Below are positions 40,542-49,621 of a stretch of DNA of 64,000 nt, in pieces. The translations under genes were made by a program, and so were the position numbers. Within the stretch, counting starts at the first letter, position 1. Every line of letters begins with the position of its first letter. Source of the DNA: a virus (taxonomy: Duplodnaviria; Heunggongvirae; Uroviricota; Caudoviricetes). The stretch spans positions 38,379-102,378 of IMG/VR virus record IMGVR_UViG_3300049919_000267. One strand, given 5' to 3'. The notes under the pieces were generated by a model that ran no database searches, was not told the origin of the DNA, and saw nothing but the letters and a program-made list of their open reading frames with translations.

Positions 40542-40761
40542 TATTATCTGTGTCTATTTTTGGGTTTTCAATAGTAATTGGAGTTTCCTCCTTATGACTA
40601 TGAACCCTACCCGATAAAGGTACTGGATGAAGAACTAATTTATTCATAGATGGTACATCATTATCAGGAATCATCTCTAAATCAATTATCTCTGCCCCAG
40701 TACTTCGTACTCTTTGAAGAACACTTATAAATTCTTCAATATTAACATTGTTTGCAATCAT
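40507..40761 (-). CDS. Small hypothetical protein (84 aa)
   Basis: ORF track. Operon-style overlap with its neighbours. Confidence 0.45.
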   Translation of the reverse strand: MIANNVNIEEFISVLQRVRSTGAEIIDLEMIPDNDVPSMNKLVLHPVPLSGRVHSHKEETPITIENPKIDTDNNDIFKSFYGSD

Positions 40762-40772
40762 TTATAAATCAT

Positions 40773-41090
40773 TTAGAAGTCATCTATCGCAATAGCAATC
40801 TGAGCTGCCTCTTTGTTATCTGCTACCGCTTTCCATTTATCAATTGGACAATCTGTATGTAAACTCCTAACCTTCGCATGAAGATTACAGGCGCACATAG
40901 AACAATGCTCATCTGGTCTTAACTTATTATAATAAGCCCCAGGATCAAATCCTTCTTTGTCGTGATTAGAAGAATTTTTAGGACAAACTTTGCATAACGC
41001 ATGTCTTTCATTAGCAATTTTTTCTACCTCTTGTTTAACAAACATAGAGTTAGTAATACCTTCAAGAATATGCTTCACATTAATTTTCAT
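40773..41090 (-). CDS. Cys-rich zinc-finger-like protein (105 aa)
   Basis: …CKVCPKN…HCSMCACNLH…C… (multiple CxxC pairs). Confidence 0.5.
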   Translation of the reverse strand: MKINVKHILEGITNSMFVKQEVEKIANERHALCKVCPKNSSNHDKEGFDPGAYYNKLRPDEHCSMCACNLHAKVRSLHTDCPIDKWKAVADNKEAAQIAIAIDDF

Positions 41091-41478
41091 TTTCTAATTG
41101 TTTGGTTTTTAACTTAATAGATTTTATAGTATCTAAATTATTTTGTTTAATCACTTCTCTTCTTTTATTAATCTTTTCATTATCTGAAGCAGACTGATCC
41201 ATCTTACTTTGGATCTTCTCAATTCTTGTGATTCTCTTCTTCGCTTTTTTCTGGGAAATAAAAAAAGTTCCCAAATTACAAAAATCAAGTTCTGAGATGT
41301 CATTTCCAGCCTGAGTAACCTTATTAGCATGGCTCCACTGATCCTTAATAATCTTCTCCACAAGATACTCAGGTGTTGAAGTAAGTACAGCAGTCCTTCT
41401 TATAAACAACTCAATTAATGGTTTATTTGATTTTTTAATACCTTCTATATCTAACAACTCTTCATCAATTTTTATCAT
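41080..41478 (-). CDS. Hypothetical protein (132 aa)
   Basis: ORF track. Confidence 0.5.
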   Translation of the reverse strand: MIKIDEELLDIEGIKKSNKPLIELFIRRTAVLTSTPEYLVEKIIKDQWSHANKVTQAGNDISELDFCNLGTFFISQKKAKKRITRIEKIQSKMDQSASDNEKINKRREVIKQNNLDTIKSIKLKTKQLENEN

Positions 41479-41854
41479 ACTGGTTTAATTTTTCTATTTC
41501 CTCTTCAGTACTAATAAAGAATCTGACAACAAAATCTTTAGTAAAGTCAACTGAGAGAGCAGGGTTTACCTTAATTTTTCCCGAATTTTTTACTAATAGT
41601 TTCATTCTTAATAACTTAGCTGTCATATTTGAAACTGTTCCAATAGAAGATTTGAATATCTTACAAAATTCCTCTTTAGATGACGTTGAAGATATGGCCC
41701 CACGATAGTTAGTAAATGCAAGAAGCTCAAACTCACGCTTTGTAAGCTTAATATCATTGATAGCACTTATAAACTTGAACCAGGTAATCCCGGCTTTTAT
41801 CTTACCAGTAAAAGACTTCTTAATAGTCTTCACCAGAATTTGTTTATCTTCCAT
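41465..41854 (-). CDS. Hypothetical protein (129 aa)
   Basis: ORF track. Confidence 0.5.
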   Translation of the reverse strand: MEDKQILVKTIKKSFTGKIKAGITWFKFISAINDIKLTKREFELLAFTNYRGAISSTSSKEEFCKIFKSSIGTVSNMTAKLLRMKLLVKNSGKIKVNPALSVDFTKDFVVRFFISTEEEIEKLNQYDKN

Positions 41855-41971
41855 TAGTGTTCCTTATCTATTTGGTTTTTAAATAGTTGGGTGTAATCCC
41901 ATGTAAAAGTAATTAAACAAATCAAGTACAGGAAATTTAATTTGTATTTATTACTTATAATACTTACTATA

Positions 41972-42442
41972 TTATAGCATACGAGATCTTTTACACCTTT
42001 CATAAAACTCCTTTTCAAGATGTCCTAAAAGATAAGCATAAGCTTCTTCAGAAGAATTTGTCAATGGAATCCCGGCATAATTCATAATAGTAGTTGTCAC
42101 ATGAAATAACTCATGAGTAAGAACAGCTCTTTCCTCATCTGTACCTGGAATACTTGGTATCCACACAACAGGAGAATACCCTTCATTTAAATAATCGAAG
42201 GTAATTGCTTGTACATCAAAATCACTAATCTTAATTGTTGTATCATTCAGATACTTTCTTATCCTATTGAAAGCTGCCAAAGTATCTTGTGTAACAATAA
42301 TTATAACACCTACCTGATAGATCTCAGTCTTAACTAAGACTTCTTTGTATGATTTGTTACTACCTGGTGGAGCCATTGACATATCATAAACAAACAACCC
42401 AAGAATAAGTAAGAACCCAAGAACAGCCATAATTTTAATCAT
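41972..42442 (-). CDS. Membrane-anchored HExxH putative metallopeptidase (156 aa)
   Basis: N-terminal hydrophobic segment (MIKIMAVLGFLLILGLFVY) and …LTHELFHVT… (HELFH). Confidence 0.5.
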   Translation of the reverse strand: MIKIMAVLGFLLILGLFVYDMSMAPPGSNKSYKEVLVKTEIYQVGVIIIVTQDTLAAFNRIRKYLNDTTIKISDFDVQAITFDYLNEGYSPVVWIPSIPGTDEERAVLTHELFHVTTTIMNYAGIPLTNSSEEAYAYLLGHLEKEFYERCKRSRML

Positions 42443-43014
42443 ATCTTAATTTTTAAAGTGGATTTAGCTAATAAAAGATTTTTGAACTTAATAGTAATCT
42501 CTCTAAGAAATAAGGAATTAATAGACACATCCAATTTCCCCTTAGTCTCATACCCATTAGAAGTAACTCTCCTTATCCACTCCTGACCATTCTCTTGGTA
42601 TATGGTGTAACCTACTCCCAAAAGAAAATCAACCTTTTCATTAGTATCAAACAAAGTATTCAAGATCTCCTCAAAAGGAGATTCCTTTTTAAGACTATTA
42701 AAAAGATTATCCATCATTTCTTTAGTAGTAGGACTATTATTATTATTAGGAAGATTAATAGGAAGATTACTAGGAAGATTAATAATTCCCCCAGTCTGGC
42801 CAGAGTGAATATAAGGAGGATATGCATTATTACCTGAGTGCATCTGCTCCCATAATCCTTGACTTAATGAAGGATTCAATTGGCCCGGATTTCCATTTGT
42901 AATTACTACATTTGACATACCTGAATTCGTCAAACTATTTTGTGAGGATAATTTAATTTCCCCCAGACTCATAGTTTTATCGTCATACTTATCTATATAC
43001 CCTTGAATATCCAT
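42439..43014 (-). CDS. Hypothetical protein (191 aa), first gene of the leftward arm
   Basis: ORF track. 4-nt overlap with the downstream gene. Asn-rich. Confidence 0.5.
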   Translation of the reverse strand: MDIQGYIDKYDDKTMSLGEIKLSSQNSLTNSGMSNVVITNGNPGQLNPSLSQGLWEQMHSGNNAYPPYIHSGQTGGIINLPSNLPINLPNNNNSPTTKEMMDNLFNSLKKESPFEEILNTLFDTNEKVDFLLGVGYTIYQENGQEWIRRVTSNGYETKGKLDVSINSLFLREITIKFKNLLLAKSTLKIKI

Positions 43015-43152
43015 TAGTTGCGAAATTTTTGGTTTTAAAAATTAAAAATTAAAACATAAAGATACTAAAATTTTTAAACTAAAAAAAATTTTTCCAAAAT
43101 TTTAAAAAGTGCATGAGAAATAAGGGGACATCATATACAACACCCTGGGCTG

Positions 43153-43185
43153 TTGCGTAGCAACATGGGTAGTCGGGTATCTTTG
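43153..43185 (+). promoter_or_regulatory. Candidate Bacteroidota-type sigma-A promoter (TTG…TAnnTTTG) for the rightward arm
   Basis: TATCTTTG at 43178-43185 fits the -7 consensus TAnnTTTG. TTG at 43153-43155 lies about 22 nt upstream (-33-like). It sits about 65 nt upstream of the 43252 start, adjacent to a GTTGC-GTA-GCAAC hairpin. Confidence 0.35.
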
Positions 43186-43251
43186 TTTCTGGGTAACTTA
43201 TTCAAAACGAAAGAAACAAAAATATAAACAAATTAAAAACAATTAAAAGTT

Positions 43252-43611
43252 ATGGCAAAAGTAGCAACACAACCACAAACAAAGGTTATTGAAACAGTAA
43301 AAGTATCAAAAAGTACAAAAGCCACAATTGAAAAGGCAATAGGTCGCCAATTGGGTAGCCCTATTAATAACAAAGGCGAGGGCGAAGAATTTGAAGTAAC
43401 CTTAACAGGGGATATTCAAATAAGAGAATTTCAACAAGTGAAAGGGGCTTATCTTACAACTAAGGAAGGATACAGCATCAAAGTTAATGCAAGTTTTGAT
43501 CCTTTGAAACATAAAGAAAACGCAGTATTAACAGCGAAATGTGTAGTTCTTCCGAAGAATGAAGAATTAGGAATCACACGGGATGTAAAATATTGTGTTT
43601 TTGTTGATTAA
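43252..43611 (+). CDS. Hypothetical protein (119 aa), first gene of the rightward arm
   Basis: ORF track. Followed by a strong terminator. Confidence 0.6.
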   Translation: MAKVATQPQTKVIETVKVSKSTKATIEKAIGRQLGSPINNKGEGEEFEVTLTGDIQIREFQQVKGAYLTTKEGYSIKVNASFDPLKHKENAVLTAKCVVLPKNEELGITRDVKYCVFVD

Positions 43612-43630
43612 TTGTAAAAATACAAAAATA

Positions 43631-43672
43631 AACAGATATATATTCTCCCGACAGAGTATATATCTGTTTTTC
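43631..43672 (+). terminator. Rho-independent terminator
   Basis: Perfect 12-bp stem AACAGATATATA / TATATATCTGTT with a 14-nt loop, followed by TTTTCT. Confidence 0.7.
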
Positions 43673-43864
43673 TATGTTGCTAAAGATATTTTTTTGTAAT
43701 AGATTACGACTTAAGGTCGTGAAATTGAATAAGTTACGACTTATGTTCCATGTGGAACATATTTTTGTTGAGAAATATATAAATAAAGGTGTATTCTTTT
43801 ATTGGGTTTTTGGAGGTATTGAGAGACAATGAAGATTTAATAACACATAAATAAATAATAGCTT

Positions 43865-44383
43865 ATGAATGAGAACAATCATATAACTATAACAGAAGGT
43901 CTTAAGTTCATTACTAATAAAATGAATAACAATATTAGAGTTAGAGGGACTAATATTAGTGGAGAAATAGCAATGTTTTGTAAGTATTATTTGTCTGAGT
44001 TTCCTTGTTGTTTATTCCATGAGTTTTGTCATTGGGTATTTATGATACCTTTTTGGATGCTGGGAGTTTCAACATTCCCTAGGCTTACTATTAGCAGATA
44101 TGCTAATTGGGAGATAAATAATACTCAATCAGGACATTGTATTGAGAGTCATGATATGTGTATAAACTATAATATACCAAATATTGACAAAAATCCTTGG
44201 ACTCAATGGATTATAAGAATAGATTGTATAATGCCAGCAATAGGTGTTATACTATTATTTATCTTTACTCCTTGGTGGTGTTGGTTGTTTTATATAGCCA
44301 ATATGCCACAACTTTGGATCTCAATAAATGATTATCATATAATTATTGGTAAGAAAAATGGAAGAGAAATAAATAATAAATAA
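43865..44383 (+). CDS. Polytopic membrane protein (172 aa) with an HEFCH motif
   Basis: ORF track. Several hydrophobic helices. …CLFHEFCHWVF… (HExxH, possibly coincidental). Confidence 0.5.
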   Translation: MNENNHITITEGLKFITNKMNNNIRVRGTNISGEIAMFCKYYLSEFPCCLFHEFCHWVFMIPFWMLGVSTFPRLTISRYANWEINNTQSGHCIESHDMCINYNIPNIDKNPWTQWIIRIDCIMPAIGVILLFIFTPWWCWLFYIANMPQLWISINDYHIIIGKKNGREINNK

Positions 44384-44400
44384 ACTAAATTTAATACTTT

Positions 44401-44592
44401 ATGCAAGTAAAAAATCCTGAGACTGTTGATAATAATGATAATCAATGGTGGGAACAAGCAGAAAATACTGAATATGAGCTTAATAAGTTAGATCCTGATA
44501 AGATTATAGAAGATCAAAATATAGTAATGACTTATGTTGTACTATTCTTTCTTGTTGTAACTCTTATAACTTGGATTGCTTTTAAGTTTTAA
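44401..44592 (+). CDS. Small membrane protein (63 aa, C-terminal TM)
   Basis: ORF track. Confidence 0.45.
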   Translation: MQVKNPETVDNNDNQWWEQAENTEYELNKLDPDKIIEDQNIVMTYVVLFFLVVTLITWIAFKF

Positions 44593-44649
44593 ACATTATA
44601 AATCATTATAAACTATTGTAAGCTATTATTAACTTAAAATTAAATACTC

Positions 44650-44985
44650 ATGGTAAAGTCTGTTTCAATTATCAAATACACAGCAAGAAATGTTATGTAC
44701 TGGATGATGATGTTTCTTTGTGTTTCTGGAGGTTTTGTATTTATATACAAAGTTCTCATTAACCCAAGAACTATAAAATCAATGATGGATGTTATGATTC
44801 CATTAGAAATTGCATTATACTGCGGGATATTGGCTATTATGTGTGAATTCAGGCCAAGAAAGACCCAAGCACAAAGAGATTCTGATGATAAAACCTTAAA
44901 CAATGGATTAAACAATATTATATTAATAACACTCATGAATGTAGTACTATTAATTATAGCTATTGTATCTAGAGATTTTAAATAA
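44650..44985 (+). CDS. Membrane protein (111 aa); a fully antisense 124-aa ORF (44640..45014, minus strand) also exists
   Basis: Plus strand chosen because all neighbours are co-directional. Both strands give TM-like translations in this AT-rich DNA. Confidence 0.4.
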   Translation: MVKSVSIIKYTARNVMYWMMMFLCVSGGFVFIYKVLINPRTIKSMMDVMIPLEIALYCGILAIMCEFRPRKTQAQRDSDDKTLNNGLNNIILITLMNVVLLIIAIVSRDFK

Positions 44986-45071
44986 TTTTGTAACAATCGT
45001 GGAATAATTATCAATAAATAACCCTGGATTATTCTGGGGTTATTTTTTATGTTTTACTTTATGCTATTATT

Positions 45072-45536
45072 ATGCTCAAACAAATATTACTTGTAATGTG
45101 TATTAGTTTTCTGTTTAACACAATACAGGCTCAAAACCATACTAAATGGTATAAAATAACAGAAAACGATTTGATTGTCATGTCATTACAATCAATATCA
45201 GGAGTTGCTGATGGTGTAAATCAAGCCATTGTTCATCATAAATATGGGAAAGGTAAACAGTTCTGGGATAATAAAGTCTCATGGACTAATAAATATGATA
45301 TGCCAAGCAGAGATCCAAAATTCTTTGGTTCAACCACATTTTTAGTGTGGGTAACAGATGGATTCCATTTAACAAGAATGATAGATAGAACTACATCTAT
45401 TGTTTCAATTGGAATTTCATTTGCTGAACTCAGGGAATATGACAAAAAAGACATTTGGAAGGTAATAATGAAGAAAGTTCTATTATCATACCTGGTAAAC
45501 AGAACTGCATTTGTTATTACATATAATAACTTGTAA
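45072..45536 (+). CDS. Secreted hypothetical protein (154 aa, signal peptide)
   Basis: MLKQILLVMCISFLFNTIQAQ signal-peptide-like N-terminus. Confidence 0.55.
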   Translation: MLKQILLVMCISFLFNTIQAQNHTKWYKITENDLIVMSLQSISGVADGVNQAIVHHKYGKGKQFWDNKVSWTNKYDMPSRDPKFFGSTTFLVWVTDGFHLTRMIDRTTSIVSIGISFAELREYDKKDIWKVIMKKVLLSYLVNRTAFVITYNNL

Positions 45537-45570
45537 ATCAATTAATCACAATCAAATACTTGGAGGTATT

Positions 45571-45900
45571 ATGAAGAAACAAAAAATTACGAGCAATGAA
45601 ATGAAATCATTAATTAGCTCAAGAAAACAACAAATACATATTTATCATGCTATTCAAGATGATAAAATGTTTACAGAAATTGAACAACAACCCCGAAAAT
45701 ATATTGGGTTTATTCATGCAGAAACCTTAGAACAAGCTTATAATTTATGTCAAAATGACAATCTTCATCCTGATTACTTATATTATAATGTAAGATCATT
45801 ATCAGTTGGTGATATGTTATTAATAGGACATGAATTTTATATGGTTTGCAATTTAGGTTTTAGAATGATATGTTCCTTCAGTAATGAAGGTGAAGAATAG
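45571..45900 (+). CDS. Hypothetical protein (109 aa); start moved to the ATG after a GGAGG RBS
   Basis: …ttggaggtattATGAAGAAAC… The ORF-track start at 45511 is upstream and probably a non-ATG start. Confidence 0.5.
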   Translation: MKKQKITSNEMKSLISSRKQQIHIYHAIQDDKMFTEIEQQPRKYIGFIHAETLEQAYNLCQNDNLHPDYLYYNVRSLSVGDMLLIGHEFYMVCNLGFRMICSFSNEGEE

Positions 45901-46600
45901 GTGTTTTTCATAGGTTAGCCAACAACGGGCTGAGTTTATACTTGGCCCTCTTTTAAATCTTTCTAGTTAATCATTGACCCAAACACTATTGTATGCAGAG
46001 CAACCTAGGTGTGTGACGGACTGCATAGTGATTAACTAGTTATTAATAATTTAAAACAATTGTAATGACAATCTGTGTAAGAGTATCTTTGGCTATCACC
46101 AAAGCGTCAGCAAGTTACAGTTGTTTTGAACTAAGTTTGTTCTGTACTTTGGTAATGCATTACCTTAAACAGGGCTATTGGGTAAGCTGCCCAACTTGAT
46201 TGGAGAGGAACACTAATATCTATCTTGTAATCTAGAGATACAAGCTGGTAATTGGGAAACCAAGTCATGCTATATTAGCAATTCCAATGTAGGCTCATAT
46301 ACCTGAATGTGTATGTATTGTAATATTTAACATAGTTATTTCTATGGCTGCAAATTTTCATTTGTTGAACAATAAAATATTACAATAATTATCACTGTGA
46401 GAATCAGTGACATAGAGAATAGAAGGACATAATTCCATGTTAGAAGGAGTCCATTATATTCTCTTGGGGCTTATATTCTTGATATTAATAGAATACAGAC
46501 AAAGGTAGACTCAAACTTAAATGTGAGTAACTGGTGGACACTATTAATAATCAAGGTATTAGTGCGTAATAAATTAAACTTAAAAAACAAATATATTATT

Positions 46601-46918
46601 ATGAAAGATATTTTTTTTAATTGGAAGCTTACTATAATATTTTTTCTTATTGCACACCTTTTTATGTTAATTATTGCAATATCTAAAACATCACAAAAAC
46701 ATCAATGTATTGATGAAACACACCAAACATGTGATGGTAATTGTGAATGTGATGGGATAGAATGTGATACACATTATCATAATGGTCAAGAGTGCCAATA
46801 TGAAGGATTAGAATGTCCTATATTATCAAAGACTTTAAATCTTATTGTAGTGTTATCTTCAGACTACAATACCTCCAACCAACAGAGGATGAAATACTCC
46901 TTTGTTGGTTATTTTTAA
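46601..46918 (+). CDS. Small membrane-anchored Cys-rich protein (105 aa)
   Basis: ATG at 46601 (MKDIFFNWKLTIIFFLIAHLFMLIIAI…), then …CIDETHQTCDGNCECDGIECDTHYHNGQECQYEGLEC…. Confidence 0.45.
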   Translation: MKDIFFNWKLTIIFFLIAHLFMLIIAISKTSQKHQCIDETHQTCDGNCECDGIECDTHYHNGQECQYEGLECPILSKTLNLIVVLSSDYNTSNQQRMKYSFVGYF

Positions 46919-47921
46919 CTTTATTCATATTATTATGTAATTAATTCAGCCAATGTATTGGTGCAGACACTTGCAGACCTTTAATAAGGATAAAAGATGA
47001 GCCAGGAAATATTCCATCTGCAAACTGGTCAGGTAATACACTTATTGTTATTAATGACAATAATGCCTGATGTTATTTAAATTTTGTAAATTACCACTGT
47101 CGTGGAATTGTGTAATACCATTGAAGACCCAATGATTGTAACCAACAATCAAATGCTAAACTATGTTGTATTCATATAAAAAGCCTTTAATAAGAACTAT
47201 TAGAGGCTATATTATTATAGATATAAAGACATATCTCACTTTGATTTAGGGAAAAATTGATGTACTTATCCCTTTGATTTAGGTACAGTTGAGTTCAAAA
47301 GTGTAAATAGAACTTAATTAGCTGTTGTAAGATTATGACGATATGAGTACATTGCAGCACCAAAAAAAGTTTACACAATTGTTAGTTAATATTAGTGCAT
47401 TTAATGAACAAAACAATTATCCAATGAAATTATCTAAAAGTTATTGCAAGAACTAAGATACATATCAGAGAAATAAAAAACAAAAAGAAGCAAAAAATCC
47501 GAAATGTTAATTAATGTTTAACAGAATGCAACATTGTAGTGTATTAGAATGAATATACATAATGACCTGTTTTATCTTAATTTCGGAATATATACATGAT
47601 TAACATTTTAAACTGAAAAGTCTAAGATGCTCATGTAATTGTCCAATTGAACAGCCCTGAAACAAACTAGCCAAGAGGAACTCTCGTTAGATTGTTAAGG
47701 GCTGTTTTTTATTTTGATTATAATATTATCTATTATATTTTAAGAGCCTTTGTTGAGCATGGTGGATAGAGTCTGGGAGTACATGGTTACCAATCATGTA
47801 CATACTGTCAGACATAACAGTAGAAAAAAGGGGGAAAAGTAGAGCATGTAATGTGAATACAACTTTTGTCCCGGACTTTATTATTAAAACTAATTTAAAA
47901 CAACAATAAAAAACAAAAAAC

Positions 47922-48458
47922 ATGAAACACATAGTATTATTTATATTACTTATTCTTCTTGTATTAGCTACAGGAAGATCTCAAGCATATCTTGATTGTA
48001 ATGTTGGAGTTATTTCTGGTTATAACAATCAAATAGTAGGGGGTGTTCAGGTTCCTCATCCTACTTATGTATTATTTAAAGATATTGTAGAACCTGTAAG
48101 AAAAACAAGTCTAAATGTTTCTTTATCAGGAGGTTATATGTTTAATCATTTAACTGTCTTTGGTACATTAATAAGACCTTTAGATAGTACTAATCCAACC
48201 ATGATTAATGGAAGTATTGGATGGGTATTCATTAATAGGGACAGTTATGAAAATAAAATAGGACTTCAACCTTCTTTAGGATATACTCAATACTTGAATG
48301 ATAATAATGATATTGGTGGTTCTCTAAATGGAGGAATTCAACTTCAATTTTGGAAAGTTGCAGCTATAGAAGGACACAAAATCTTTTATATTGATTATAA
48401 ATACCAATATAAGCATCATATCTTTGGAATAGGTATGAAGTTTAGTAATAGGTTATAA
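47922..48458 (+). CDS. Signal-peptide protein with outer-membrane beta-barrel-like features (178 aa)
   Basis: N-terminal MKHIVLFILLILLVLATGRSQA, alternating hydrophobic beta-strand pattern, Gly/Asn/Tyr-rich. Aromatic-rich C-terminal region (…GIGMKFSNRL). Confidence 0.5.
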   Translation: MKHIVLFILLILLVLATGRSQAYLDCNVGVISGYNNQIVGGVQVPHPTYVLFKDIVEPVRKTSLNVSLSGGYMFNHLTVFGTLIRPLDSTNPTMINGSIGWVFINRDSYENKIGLQPSLGYTQYLNDNNDIGGSLNGGIQLQFWKVAAIEGHKIFYIDYKYQYKHHIFGIGMKFSNRL

Positions 48459-48813
48459 AATATTGCTGTTGACGAAAACTTAACAGTGAGTATCAACAGT
48501 ATTACAAGAGTAGCTGATTATATTATGCTGTAATCAGCTATCTCTTGTATCAATTTACAAATCAGGGAACAAAATTCACTGGACGTAGTTGGATCAACCC
48601 AACACACTTAGTTGGTGGTATAAGTGACCATAAACAGTGTACCTGATTATTAATGATAGGATATTGAGGAGTCATAGCTTAAAATAAACTATATAAATAT
48701 TTTAAGAAAGGTTATCAAACGAGACTTAATTAAGAAGGGAGAAAAAAAATGGTAGTTAACGCCTTACTTCTGTCCTTAATATTTATCAATTATTATTTAA
48801 TAAACCCAAAAAT

Positions 48814-49302
48814 ATGAATACATTAATATTAACAATAATATTGTTTTTTACACAAGAACTTAGATGGACTGAATCTGTTCTTACAAAAGAAAATTTTAAA
48901 ACTGTTACACCTAAAGAAAGTAATGAATTAGCAAAAATATACACTGGTATTGGTATTAATATTAATTATAATCAAACTGGTAAAGGGAGGGCTTATGCTT
49001 ATATGGATGAACAAAAAAGTGAATTAAGAGCTGATTTATTATATAATAATACTAATAAGCTGAATGAAACACTTATACATGAAAAAGGACATTTTGATCT
49101 TACTGAATGGATTGTAAGATGTCTAAATAGAGAACTTAAAAATATTACTGAAATAAGTATTATATATAAGCTTTTGTATAAGTATAATGATCAGCTTAAT
49201 TATTGGCAAAAAATATATGATACTGAAACAGATCATAGTAATAATAAAGAGAATCAAAAAATTTGGAATGAAAAGATAAGAAAACTATTATTAAATTTTT
49301 AA
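48814..49302 (+). CDS. Secreted putative Zn-metallopeptidase (HEKGH motif), DUF922-like (162 aa)
   Basis: Signal-like N-terminus and …TLIHEKGHFDLTEW… (HExxH). Confidence 0.45.
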   Translation: MNTLILTIILFFTQELRWTESVLTKENFKTVTPKESNELAKIYTGIGININYNQTGKGRAYAYMDEQKSELRADLLYNNTNKLNETLIHEKGHFDLTEWIVRCLNRELKNITEISIIYKLLYKYNDQLNYWQKIYDTETDHSNNKENQKIWNEKIRKLLLNF

Positions 49303-49621
49303 GCTGCTCAAAAGCTAAAACAAAAACGAAAAAGCCACCAGAGTAGAGAAACTAAAAGGAGCTTTATACAGGATTCGTCTGTAATTGGGTGTACAGTTAT
49401 TAGCCTGTTCTTTTATTTATAATTAAAACAAAACAAAATAGAATCTAAAGACTAAAAAATATGAAAAAATTAGAGGTATTTGTCTTAAATCCAGGCTCTA
49501 CATCTTCTATTAATCAGTTGCAAGAAAAATTAAAGACAGGGAAAATAGAAAATGTAACAGCTACAAGAGATTTTGTGGTTTATATTCTCTCATGGATTGA
49601 ATCTTATTAAATCATAAAACT

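Noticed and set aside
45901-46600. Group I/II intron in the structured non-coding stretch
   Set aside because: I could not find the conserved P/Q/R/S group I core sequences. There is no reverse transcriptase for group II, and no split flanking gene is evident. It is kept as generic structured RNA or origin instead.
47236-47290. Possible CRISPR-like direct repeats (CTTTGATTTAGG twice)
   Set aside because: There are only two copies of a 12-bp repeat about 22 bp apart. Repeat size and number are far below CRISPR architecture, and there is no cas gene context.
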